DNA from: an uncultured candidate division Zixibacteria bacterium
Lineage (GTDB): Bacteria; Zixibacteria; MSB-5A5; UBA10806
Direction of reading: 5' to 3'
Assembly: GCA_963801605.1 (NCBI GenBank)
Contig: CAWDFP010000002.1
Span: 2,463-66,462, forward strand
DNA: 64,000 nt
Position numbers and translations under genes: made by a program. Shown here in pieces: positions 36,765-44,754 of this stretch. The notes under the pieces are model-generated. The model was given only the letters and a program-made list of their open reading frames with translations, was not told the origin of the DNA and ran no database searches. How positions within the stretch are numbered: position 1 is the first letter of the stretch; each line of letters begins with the position of its first letter.

Positions 36765-36950
36765 ATGAGAGTCACAATAGACAAAGATCTATGCACCGGA
36801 GATCAAATCTGCGTTGATCTTTGCCCCGAGGTGTTTGAGATGGATGGCGATACCGCTAAGGTTATCGTGGATGAAGTGCCGGCCGAGTTCGAGGATGTCT
36901 GCAAGGAAGCATCAGAAAGCTGCCCAGCCGAGTGCATTAAGATACACTAA
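36765..36950 (+). CDS. Small single-cluster ferredoxin (Pyrococcus/Thermotoga type, C-x2-D-x2-C ... C-P)
   Basis: 61 aa with CTGDQICVDLCP and a later SCPAEC. AAAGGAG RBS lies 5 nt upstream of the ATG. Confidence 0.85.
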   Translation: MRVTIDKDLCTGDQICVDLCPEVFEMDGDTAKVIVDEVPAEFEDVCKEASESCPAECIKIH

Positions 36951-36990
36951 AATAATGTAATTGCGCGGTTAAGAAAAATCGCGGAATATT

Positions 36991-37029
36991 AAGGCCCTGG
37001 AGATAACAGCCGGGGCCTTTTAATTTTTA
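36991..37029 (+). terminator. Rho-independent terminator after the ferredoxin gene
   Basis: AAGGCCC (36991-36997) / GGGCCTT (37013-37019) stem, extendable by GG/CC, followed by TTAATTTTTAT. Confidence 0.7.
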
Positions 37030-37165
37030 TGGCCCGGCTTGAAATGAACTGCTATAATCCTAAAATTATTCGGTAATCGTAGAGCAAACGAAACTGAATA
37101 CCATGAATTGCAGTTAATATCATGATAAAAGCGTCCTAAGAATGACGTTTAACAGGAGTGGTGTG

Positions 37166-37873
37166 ATGTACAGCGGCGAATATAAGAAGCTTTATAGAAT
37201 CGACCTGGGCAGGACTCATTACCAGGATGCCTGGGATTTTCAGAAAAAACTGGTGACTTTACGATCCGAAAAAAAAATACCGGATTGCCTTGTTTTTACC
37301 GAACATGAACCCGTTATCACCATGGGGCGGGCATCATCTCCGAAGAATCTACTCTGTTCCGCTCAATATCTGGCAGAGCATCATATCGATTCGTTCGAGA
37401 TCGAGCGCGGCGGCGATATCACCTTTCATGGTCCTGGGCAGTTGATCGCCTACCCGATTATCGATCTCAACTCGCACGGCCGCGATCTTCATCGCTACCT
37501 TCGTGATCTGGAAAATCTGGTCATTGTCACATTATCCGACCTGGGACTCGAAGCCGGTGTTAAGAAGGGGCTGACGGGTGTTTGGATCAAGGATACTAAG
37601 TTAGCGGCGATCGGAGTAGCCGTTTCGCGCTGGATAACATATCATGGGTTGGCGCTCAATGTGAATACCGATTTAGACTATTTTAAGCTGATCGTCCCCT
37701 GCGGTATCTCGAAATACGATGTCAGTTCGATTGCTAAACAACTTGGCAGAGAAACTGATCTGGCGATAGTCAACGATTTAATGGCTGCCAATTTTGCGCG
37801 AATATTTGGCTACGAAATTGAAGTTATTAAAGATATAGATTCAATAATCACCGAAATAGCAACTGTGGAATAA
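37166..37873 (+). CDS. lipB: Octanoyltransferase LipB
   Basis: ERGGDITFHGPGQL, KLAAIGVAV and IVPCGI catalytic motifs. The ATG at 37166 has an AGGAG 7 nt upstream; the ORF-track start is ATG 37142. Confidence 0.9.
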   Translation: MYSGEYKKLYRIDLGRTHYQDAWDFQKKLVTLRSEKKIPDCLVFTEHEPVITMGRASSPKNLLCSAQYLAEHHIDSFEIERGGDITFHGPGQLIAYPIIDLNSHGRDLHRYLRDLENLVIVTLSDLGLEAGVKKGLTGVWIKDTKLAAIGVAVSRWITYHGLALNVNTDLDYFKLIVPCGISKYDVSSIAKQLGRETDLAIVNDLMAANFARIFGYEIEVIKDIDSIITEIATVE

Positions 37874-37892
37874 CTGATAAATAAAGGTGCTT

Positions 37893-38519
37893 ATGCAAAT
37901 AACTGAGCCCCGGATTAACGAATATATCCATAGCCTGCTGCCGTCAAAGGACAAGGTACTGGCTCAAATGGAAGCTTTCGCCAGAAAGAATAATTTTCCG
38001 ATAATCGGCCCGCTTGTCGGCCCTATTCTAAGGCAATTGGCGATAGTCTCGGGCGCGAAAAAAATCATCGAATTGGGTTCCGGTTACGGCTATTCGGCTT
38101 ACTGGTTCGCCGGGGGCCTGATAAAAGGCGGCAAAATTATTTGTACGGATAACTCTGAGGAAAATCGCGTTAAGGCCCTGGCGTATCTAAAAAGAGGCGG
38201 TTTTGGTTCGATGATCGATTACAGGGTTGGAGACGCTCTCGAAATACTTTCCAATCTCAAGGGACCTTTCGATATCATCTTTAATGATATCGATAAAAAA
38301 GATTATCCGAAAGCGTTGGAACTGGCAATTCCTCGGCTCAGGCCGGGTGGACTTTTTATTACCGATAATGTCTTATGGTCAGGACGAGTAATCGGCACTA
38401 AACCCGACGCTACGACGAAAGCTATTCTGGAATTCAACCGTAAGCTATTCAAAAGCAAACATCTGCTATCATCAATTATCCCTATCCGTGACGGTCTGGC
38501 TGTCGCAGTGAAGCTATAG
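37893..38519 (+). CDS. Class I SAM-dependent O-methyltransferase (caffeoyl-CoA OMT / YrrM-like)
   Basis: Motif I IIELGSGYGYS, with FNDIDKKDY and GGLFITDNVLW. The likely start is ATG 37893; the ORF-track start is GTG 37887. Confidence 0.85.
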   Translation: MQITEPRINEYIHSLLPSKDKVLAQMEAFARKNNFPIIGPLVGPILRQLAIVSGAKKIIELGSGYGYSAYWFAGGLIKGGKIICTDNSEENRVKALAYLKRGGFGSMIDYRVGDALEILSNLKGPFDIIFNDIDKKDYPKALELAIPRLRPGGLFITDNVLWSGRVIGTKPDATTKAILEFNRKLFKSKHLLSSIIPIRDGLAVAVKL

Positions 38520-38547
38520 TATCCTGATAGCAAATTCGCAGGTAATG

Positions 38548-38673
38548 CGGCCGGGGTTCCGTTCTCGACCAAAGGTCGAGCAGAAATCCGATTGGGGCGA
38601 GTAACCATTATCAGAATGCCCCAATCGGATTTCTCCTTTGGTCCCCCAGGACCAAAGGGCGGAACCCCGGCCG
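38548..38673. repeat. 126-nt nested palindrome that folds into a perfect four-helix cloverleaf (candidate structured RNA or REP/MITE-like element)
   Basis: P1 is 38548-38561 / 38660-38673 (14 bp). P2 is 38564-38570 / 38574-38580 (7 bp). P3 is 38582-38598 / 38618-38634 (17 bp). P4 is 38635-38644 / 38649-38658 (10 bp). All pairs are Watson-Crick and the linkers are 0-2 nt. Confidence 0.7.
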
Positions 38674-38748
38674 AGCGCAATCAAGACCACAATTGAAAAG
38701 GGCGCTCCGGATGGAACGCCCATAAGATCGCTAATTTTGGCTATCGAT

Positions 38749-41010
38749 CTATATAAACAGCGGCGCCAGCACCAATGTGATTGTCGAAAGAAGTTTGATT
38801 AGCACGTGAAGCGACGGCCCGGCGGTATCTTTGAACGGATCACCAACCGTATCGCCAACAACAGCGGCGCCATGAGTCGGGTTTTTATATTTTTTACCGT
38901 TGGCGTCAGTAAGATATTTTCCGCCATGAGCGCCAGTTTCGATATACTTTTTGGCGTTGTCCCAGGCGCCACCGCCGTTATTCAGCACCAGGGCCATCAG
39001 GATGCCGGCTATGGTCCCAACCATCAGGAAAGCGGCAACAGCCTCAGCAGCGATCAAGGGATCATCTGTGCTCCTGAAAACCTTAAAGATTATACCAACC
39101 GAAATCGGGGCCAGGACAACCAATAACCCGGGTAAGATCATCTGACGTAAGGCCGCCTTGGTAACGATGTCCACGGAGGTTCCATAGTCTGGTTCGAAAT
39201 TGGCCGGGAACTGAATCATATCGTTTTCGCGGGGGAGAGGCGCATATTGGCGACGCACTTCCTGAATGATCGATTGGGCGGCCCGTCCCACGGCGCGGAT
39301 TGCCAAAGAAGAAAAAAGAAAGACCAGCATGGCGCCCAAAAGCGCTCCCACAAATACCACCGGTTTCGAAAGATCCACTCTAAATAGATATTCCGGCGCC
39401 AGACCGGCGTACTGCTTGACCTCATCCATATAAGCCTGGAAAAGCAGAAATGCCGCCAGGGCAGCCGAGCCGATAGCGTAGCCTTTGGTCAGGGCTTTGG
39501 TAGTGTTGCCTACGGAATCGAGTCGGTCCGTCTTTTTACGAATATCCTCCGGCTGTTGAGACATTTCCACAATACCGCCGGCGTTATCCGTAATCGGTCC
39601 GAAAGTATCCATTGCCAGAATATAAGCGGCGGTAGCGAGCATTCCCATGGTGGCAACGGCAGTACCGAACAGCCCGCCAACGGGAAGACCGTTAACATCA
39701 TTAATTCCACTGGCTCTGCCCAGGAAGAAAGAGGATAAAAGAGCCGCACCCATAACCAGAACCGGCAGGGCGGTGCATTCGAACGCCACCGAGATTCCGG
39801 AAATGATATTGGTAGCCGGGCCGGTTACTGATGCCTCGGCGATCGATTTTACCGGCCGATATTTATATTCGGTGTAGTATTGAGTGATATATACGAAAGC
39901 TACCGAAGTTAACACACCCACAATTCCGCATAAGAAGAAATGCCACCAGGCCTGAGGCGCCTGCGGGGTGTAAAGGAGCCAGCGCGTGGCCAATCCGAAG
40001 CCTATCATTGCCAGAATAACTGCCACATAATAGGCGCGGTTCAAGGCTGTCATAGGATCCATCTTTTCTTCTTTATCCAGCTTGACCGCCATTATCCCAA
40101 TTATCGATGCAATAATACCGAAGGCACGCGCGATCAGGGGAAACATGATAACCCCGATAATTCCCATTGAAAACACCATGCCTGCTCGTTGAGCCACAGC
40201 CGCCAGAGTAGCGCCCAAAATCATCGCGCCGATATTTTCAGCAGCCGTTGATTCAAACAGGTCCGCTCCACGGCCGGCGCAGTCACCCACGTTATCACCC
40301 ACCAGATCGGCAATCACCGCGGGATTACGCGGATCGTCCTCAGGTATGCCAGCCTCGACTTTGCCTACCAGGTCAGCGCCAACATCGGCGGCCTTGGTGT
40401 AAATACCTCCGCCAAGTTGAGCGAAAAGCGCCACAAACGAGGCTCCAAAGCCATAACCAACGATGAGCAGCGGAATACGCGAGGGATCGATTCCGCTAAT
40501 GTAATGAACCAGAGTGTAGAGGCCCGCCACGCCGAGAAGGCTCATGGAAACTACCAGCAAGCCTGAGACAGCCCCGCCTCGAAGTGCAATGCGAAGGGCA
40601 TCGTTGAGGCTGGAAATGGCCGCATGAGCGGTGCGGATATTACTTCTGATAGAAATCCACATCCCCACATACCCCGCGAAAACGGAGCATAGCGCGCCAA
40701 AAATGAATGAAACAGTAATCCAGGCCGCCAACTCCAGAGGATTATCCACCGGGTCAAAGCTATGATGAGACCTAAATACTCCGTAGCCCAAGAATAGGAA
40801 AGCCGCCAAAACCAGCGCCAGTAAAATAATCGTGCGGTTCTGCCGTCTCATGAAGGCCTCGGCGCCCGATTTGATGGCGTTGGATATTTTTTGCATCGCC
40901 TCACTTCCAACTCCGTGGCGCAGTACCCATCGGGAAAGATAAGCTGCAAATCCAAGCCCAAATAAGCTGATGGCGAGGACGATAATGATCAATTGAACTA
41001 ACTCATTCAT
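38749..41010 (-). CDS. hppA: Membrane-bound proton-translocating pyrophosphatase, K+-independent type
   Basis: 753 aa and polytopic. Motifs are GGGIYTKAADVGADLVGK, DNVGDCAGRGADLFE, GGAWDNAKKYIE and GDTVGDPFKDT. GNTTKA carries Lys at the K+-dependence determinant. Confidence 0.95.
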   Translation of the reverse strand: MNELVQLIIIVLAISLFGLGFAAYLSRWVLRHGVGSEAMQKISNAIKSGAEAFMRRQNRTIILLALVLAAFLFLGYGVFRSHHSFDPVDNPLELAAWITVSFIFGALCSVFAGYVGMWISIRSNIRTAHAAISSLNDALRIALRGGAVSGLLVVSMSLLGVAGLYTLVHYISGIDPSRIPLLIVGYGFGASFVALFAQLGGGIYTKAADVGADLVGKVEAGIPEDDPRNPAVIADLVGDNVGDCAGRGADLFESTAAENIGAMILGATLAAVAQRAGMVFSMGIIGVIMFPLIARAFGIIASIIGIMAVKLDKEEKMDPMTALNRAYYVAVILAMIGFGLATRWLLYTPQAPQAWWHFFLCGIVGVLTSVAFVYITQYYTEYKYRPVKSIAEASVTGPATNIISGISVAFECTALPVLVMGAALLSSFFLGRASGINDVNGLPVGGLFGTAVATMGMLATAAYILAMDTFGPITDNAGGIVEMSQQPEDIRKKTDRLDSVGNTTKALTKGYAIGSAALAAFLLFQAYMDEVKQYAGLAPEYLFRVDLSKPVVFVGALLGAMLVFLFSSLAIRAVGRAAQSIIQEVRRQYAPLPRENDMIQFPANFEPDYGTSVDIVTKAALRQMILPGLLVVLAPISVGIIFKVFRSTDDPLIAAEAVAAFLMVGTIAGILMALVLNNGGGAWDNAKKYIETGAHGGKYLTDANGKKYKNPTHGAAVVGDTVGDPFKDTAGPSLHVLIKLLSTITLVLAPLFI

Positions 41011-41097
41011 ACCTGTTGGCTCCTCCGGTTAATTAAGGGCGATATGAGTGTTACTAACAAGTACGCCCTCTTGAAATAGGGCGACCTTTAAAAATCA

Positions 41098-41127
41098 TAT
41101 TTAGGACTTCGCGACAATGCCTGTCAA
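41098..41127 (-). promoter_or_regulatory. Sigma70-type promoter for hppA
   Basis: On the minus strand: TTGACA (41127-41122), an 18-nt spacer and TAAATA (41103-41098), about 90 nt upstream of the hppA ATG. Confidence 0.35.
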
Positions 41128-41207
41128 TCGAATAATCGGGCAATTCCAGATTACGAATCCGGAAAAAAAGTCCCTTAGAAATACTCGGAATTATCCGAAA
41201 GAGTTTC

Positions 41208-42338
41208 TTAAATGCTTTCCAGTGACAGGACTTGTCCGGAAGTTATATTCCTTAATAATAATGCTTCTCGTTGTCGAAATGCAAGAAAAATCAGCCGGTC
41301 TCGCGGAATCTCATCAAGGCTTATATCCCCGATATAACGCCATTCCTGCTCTCGGCTCCAGTCGACATCGACTCGGCCCAAGCTTTGAAAGTAAGGCTTA
41401 TCAATATCGGAAAGTGCTTTGTAATCCGCGTCATTCCCATAAATAACGGGCCTGATACCAAGTGAAATGGCGGTTTCTTTCTCGATAGCTATTCCATAAG
41501 GTTCGAAATTCCAATTTACATATTTCGGGCGCCAGCGCATCAGTTTTGTCAGGGCCTGTGATGGGTTAGCCTCGGTAAAACCGATTGCAAAACGTCCTTC
41601 GCGCATTTTATTTGACGACGATCTAATTTTGCCGTCCCTGATAATATTGCCAAGTGTGTCAAAGGCTTGATGAGGATAATTATCTCCGGAAGACAGCAAT
41701 TTCTCGTAAAAATCAGCCTTGCTTTCACCCGGCCAGGGACCGTGGCAGGTTTTGGTCCAATGAGTCAGATAATTCCAATTTTCAAAATCCGAAATAATAT
41801 TGAATTCATAATGTGCGGGGCCCGCCAACGGTTTTTGATATTCGATTTTAAAATCGTTTAAGCACTTTCGGCAAACCTCTTCAACTGAAATAATGGACTC
41901 CAATTTTCCACCGGGACGGATAGATACCGGCACCACTCGCGATGCCAGCTCAATGGCTGCCTGATCCCGTTTTTGCCAGGTATCTTTGGGATATCTGGCG
42001 TCTTCATCAGGCTTGATAAAAATCATGGCTGTTTTATGAGGTTCGAGACGGAACTCCGCCAGCGTTTCGGCAAATACAGTTTCGCCATTTTGATTATCAT
42101 AAATCGGGCTGATGATTACTTGATTTCCGCCAGATTTATTCACTAAATGGATAGTCAATTCCCAGGTCGATAAACCCGCGCTGGTGATAATCGTATAGCC
42201 GGTTTTAACAAGTTCAGGAATAGTTTCTGACGTTTTTCTTACCCAGGAATCGTTGCCGCAGGGGGTTTTTGATTGGCTGCTATTCAGGACAACCGCAAGT
42301 TCATTCGATATTAAGTCTTTATTGCCCTGAATGATCAT
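41208..42338 (-). CDS. Uncharacterised fusion protein: SLOG (Smf/DprA-LOG)-like Rossmann domain plus AbiGi-like C-terminal domain
   Basis: The likely start is ATG 42338; the ORF-track TTG at 42353 abuts the ugd stop. N-terminal motifs are TGYTIITSAGLSTWELTIHLVNKSGGNQVIISP and KRDQAAIELASRVVPVSIRPGGKLESI. C-terminal motifs are YLTHWTK, FAIGFTEANPSQ, EPYGIAIEKETAISLGIRPVIYG and REQEWR. Confidence 0.45.
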   Translation of the reverse strand: MIIQGNKDLISNELAVVLNSSQSKTPCGNDSWVRKTSETIPELVKTGYTIITSAGLSTWELTIHLVNKSGGNQVIISPIYDNQNGETVFAETLAEFRLEPHKTAMIFIKPDEDARYPKDTWQKRDQAAIELASRVVPVSIRPGGKLESIISVEEVCRKCLNDFKIEYQKPLAGPAHYEFNIISDFENWNYLTHWTKTCHGPWPGESKADFYEKLLSSGDNYPHQAFDTLGNIIRDGKIRSSSNKMREGRFAIGFTEANPSQALTKLMRWRPKYVNWNFEPYGIAIEKETAISLGIRPVIYGNDADYKALSDIDKPYFQSLGRVDVDWSREQEWRYIGDISLDEIPRDRLIFLAFRQREALLLRNITSGQVLSLESI

Positions 42339-42353
42339 ACAATGCTGAAACAA

Positions 42354-43649
42354 TCAACTTCTGCCAAAACCTGCGTAGCGGAATCCGGCTTTGCGTGCCA
42401 ACTCGGGTAAATGAATATTGCGCGGGTCCAGCAGAGCATCACCTTTCATAAGATTTTTTAAGGCGGGTAAATCAAGCTCGCGGAATTCATTCCATTCGGT
42501 CATAAAAATCACGATGTCGGCGTCCCGACAGGCATCGTATGAATTTTTGGCGTAATCAATTTGAGGGAAAAGTTTCTTGAAATTGTCCATAGCTACCGGA
42601 TCGTAAGCCGAAACGATACCACCCTCCGCCAACAAGCGCTCAACAACGGACAAACTTGGTGAATTGCGGATATCATCCGTATTGCTCTTAAACGATAAGC
42701 CCAGGATGGCCAAACGCATTCCCTCGATTTTGCCAAGCAGATTATGAGCCTTAGTTATCACAAGTTCCCTTTGGCCATTATTTATGCACTGAACTGCCCT
42801 GGGGATTTTCGGTTCCAGCCCGCATTTTTCCTCCATGGAAATCAGGGCGGCAATATCCTTTACCAGGCAGGAACCACCATAACCTGGAGAGGGGTGCAAG
42901 AACTTGGGCCCGATTCTGCCATCCATGCCCATCGCCTTGGAAACGGTTACAACATCCGCGCCGACGAAATCGCAGATGCCGGCAATTTCATTGATGAAGG
43001 AAATCTTGGTTGCGAGAAAACAGTTGGAGGCATACTTGATAAGCTCGGCGGTAGTATTGTCCGTAACTACTGTAGGAGTTTCGATAAGATATAATCCCCG
43101 ATAAACCTCGCGCATGACCTCCTCGGCTTTTTTCGAGGGAACTCCAAGTATTATCCTGTTGGGAAGAAGAAAATCCTGAACCGCCGAACCCTCACGAAGG
43201 AATTCCGGATTAGAAACAACATCGAATGGCCCTTTAGCGCTGATTTTGATTTTTTCATATACCTGTCGATGAGTCCCGACGGGCACAGTTGATTTTATGG
43301 CAATAACCTTATAATCGGTAATAAGCGCTCCCAGCTCCAGGCTGATATCAAACAGATCACTTAAATCCGGATCGCCATTGTCGCCTTCGGGTGTGCCTAC
43401 TGCCAGAAATATGACTCGACTGGAATCAACAGCCTTTTTCAAATCCGAGGAAAAAGTCAGGCGCCCCTTAACGACGTTTCGTTTCATTATGTCCGAGAGG
43501 CCAATTTCATAGATAGGTATTCCGCCGTTATTGAGGATTTCGATTTTTTGGCGGTCTTTATCGTAGCAAACCACGTCGTTTCCCAAATCGGCCAAACCGG
43601 CTCCGGCTACCAGGCCGACATATCCGGTTCCGACGATACAAATTTTCAC
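42354..43649 (-). CDS. ugd: UDP-glucose 6-dehydrogenase
   Basis: MKICIVGTGYVGLVAGAGLADLGNDV (NAD fold), catalytic GYGGSCLVKD and LGLSFKSNTDDIRNSP. 431 aa. Confidence 0.95.
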   Translation of the reverse strand: MKICIVGTGYVGLVAGAGLADLGNDVVCYDKDRQKIEILNNGGIPIYEIGLSDIMKRNVVKGRLTFSSDLKKAVDSSRVIFLAVGTPEGDNGDPDLSDLFDISLELGALITDYKVIAIKSTVPVGTHRQVYEKIKISAKGPFDVVSNPEFLREGSAVQDFLLPNRIILGVPSKKAEEVMREVYRGLYLIETPTVVTDNTTAELIKYASNCFLATKISFINEIAGICDFVGADVVTVSKAMGMDGRIGPKFLHPSPGYGGSCLVKDIAALISMEEKCGLEPKIPRAVQCINNGQRELVITKAHNLLGKIEGMRLAILGLSFKSNTDDIRNSPSLSVVERLLAEGGIVSAYDPVAMDNFKKLFPQIDYAKNSYDACRDADIVIFMTEWNEFRELDLPALKNLMKGDALLDPRNIHLPELARKAGFRYAGFGRS

Positions 43650-44746
43650 GCTTTAACCTCCTGGATTACCCGCCGATCCTTGCCGTTGGTGCGGGAAAAC
43701 CCGGAACCAACGCCGCTAATGGCTATAAAAATAGCCCCTAATCCCGCGAGCATATAAAAAGTGATAAATCGCCAGGCGCCAATCAGAATAGGTAGGATCG
43801 GGGACGGTACTACGCCGCTGAAAACCAGTCCGAAAGTAATTTCGGCGCCACCTACTGCGCCCGGAGTTGGAATCAGGATCATGGCGCTGAAAACTACCCA
43901 TTGCAAAAGAAAATACAAAGCGAAATCGGGCTGATAGCCCAAACCGAGCACCAGGGCGCTTACGGCCCCATAACGGCAGCACCATCCTAACCCCGAAAAC
44001 AGGGTGCATATACCCAGCGTTAGCTTGCCGTTTCCCACGACAAATTTAAGGGCCGATATGAATTGCTGTCCAAAGTTTTTAAGCTGCTGATTTATTCGTT
44101 CGACGAAATTAAATCGTCCCAAATTTTCAGATGCTTTGTCTTTATCACGTCCCCATTTTCCGAATTTAATGATAAGATATACAATCACCAGAGCAGTTAA
44201 GATCGCAATGACAATCGGCCAGTGTGAAATCAGATGATCCAATGCGAACCTTACATATTTATTGCTCCAGGCCTGGCTTAATATTATTACCAGGGGAAGG
44301 GATATCGCAAAAAATATGGCATCCTCAATCGTACCCAAAAATGTCAGAAGAGCAGCTTCTCCCGGAGTGAAGCCATATCTAATTAAAAAACCGAGTTTAA
44401 AATATCCGCCGCCTGTCGAGGATGGTGTTACGGCGCTTCCAACGTCAGTTACCATAGCAGTCTTTAAGGCTTGAATTGGCTTCAAACCATGAGAAAATAC
44501 TCTGCTCCAGAGAAGAAGCCTGACTGTATGAGTAAACCAGGGCACGATTGCCAGGAACACCGCCAGAATGAGATAGCCGGGATGGATATCAACTACATCC
44601 TTTAGAATGCGAAGTTTGCTTGTAGTCAGGATATAAATAATGTTGACGGCAATCGCAGAAGGTATGAGTATGGCTATCGGCTTAAATAACTTTTCCAGCC
44701 GGAACTCCCTTAGGGAGCCAGGACCATTTTTGGAGGGTTGTACCAT
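43646..44746 (-). CDS. Flippase-like / LPG-synthase-TM (UPF0104) family membrane protein
   Basis: 366 aa with about 8 TM helices. The segment TDVGSAVTPSSTGGGYFKLGFL is typical of the UPF0104 family. It overlaps ugd by 4 nt. Confidence 0.7.
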   Translation of the reverse strand: MVQPSKNGPGSLREFRLEKLFKPIAILIPSAIAVNIIYILTTSKLRILKDVVDIHPGYLILAVFLAIVPWFTHTVRLLLWSRVFSHGLKPIQALKTAMVTDVGSAVTPSSTGGGYFKLGFLIRYGFTPGEAALLTFLGTIEDAIFFAISLPLVIILSQAWSNKYVRFALDHLISHWPIVIAILTALVIVYLIIKFGKWGRDKDKASENLGRFNFVERINQQLKNFGQQFISALKFVVGNGKLTLGICTLFSGLGWCCRYGAVSALVLGLGYQPDFALYFLLQWVVFSAMILIPTPGAVGGAEITFGLVFSGVVPSPILPILIGAWRFITFYMLAGLGAIFIAISGVGSGFSRTNGKDRRVIQEVKA

Positions 44747-44754
44747 AATCAGGA

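Noticed and set aside
36544-36765. 73-codon minus-strand ORF upstream of the ferredoxin gene
   Set aside because: It has a TTG start overlapping the ferredoxin start codon, no RBS and no motif. I kept only the downstream hairpin, as a low-interest observation.
38303-38723. Two minus-strand ORFs (125 and 69 codons) across the OMT 3' end and the intergenic palindrome
   Set aside because: They owe their openness to the GC-rich palindromic element. Their translations are Gly/Pro/Arg-rich with no motifs.
41117-41446. 109-codon plus-strand ORF spanning the hppA promoter region and the 3' end of the SLOG/AbiGi-like gene
   Set aside because: It is antisense to a longer ORF with domain-like motifs and has no RBS or motif.
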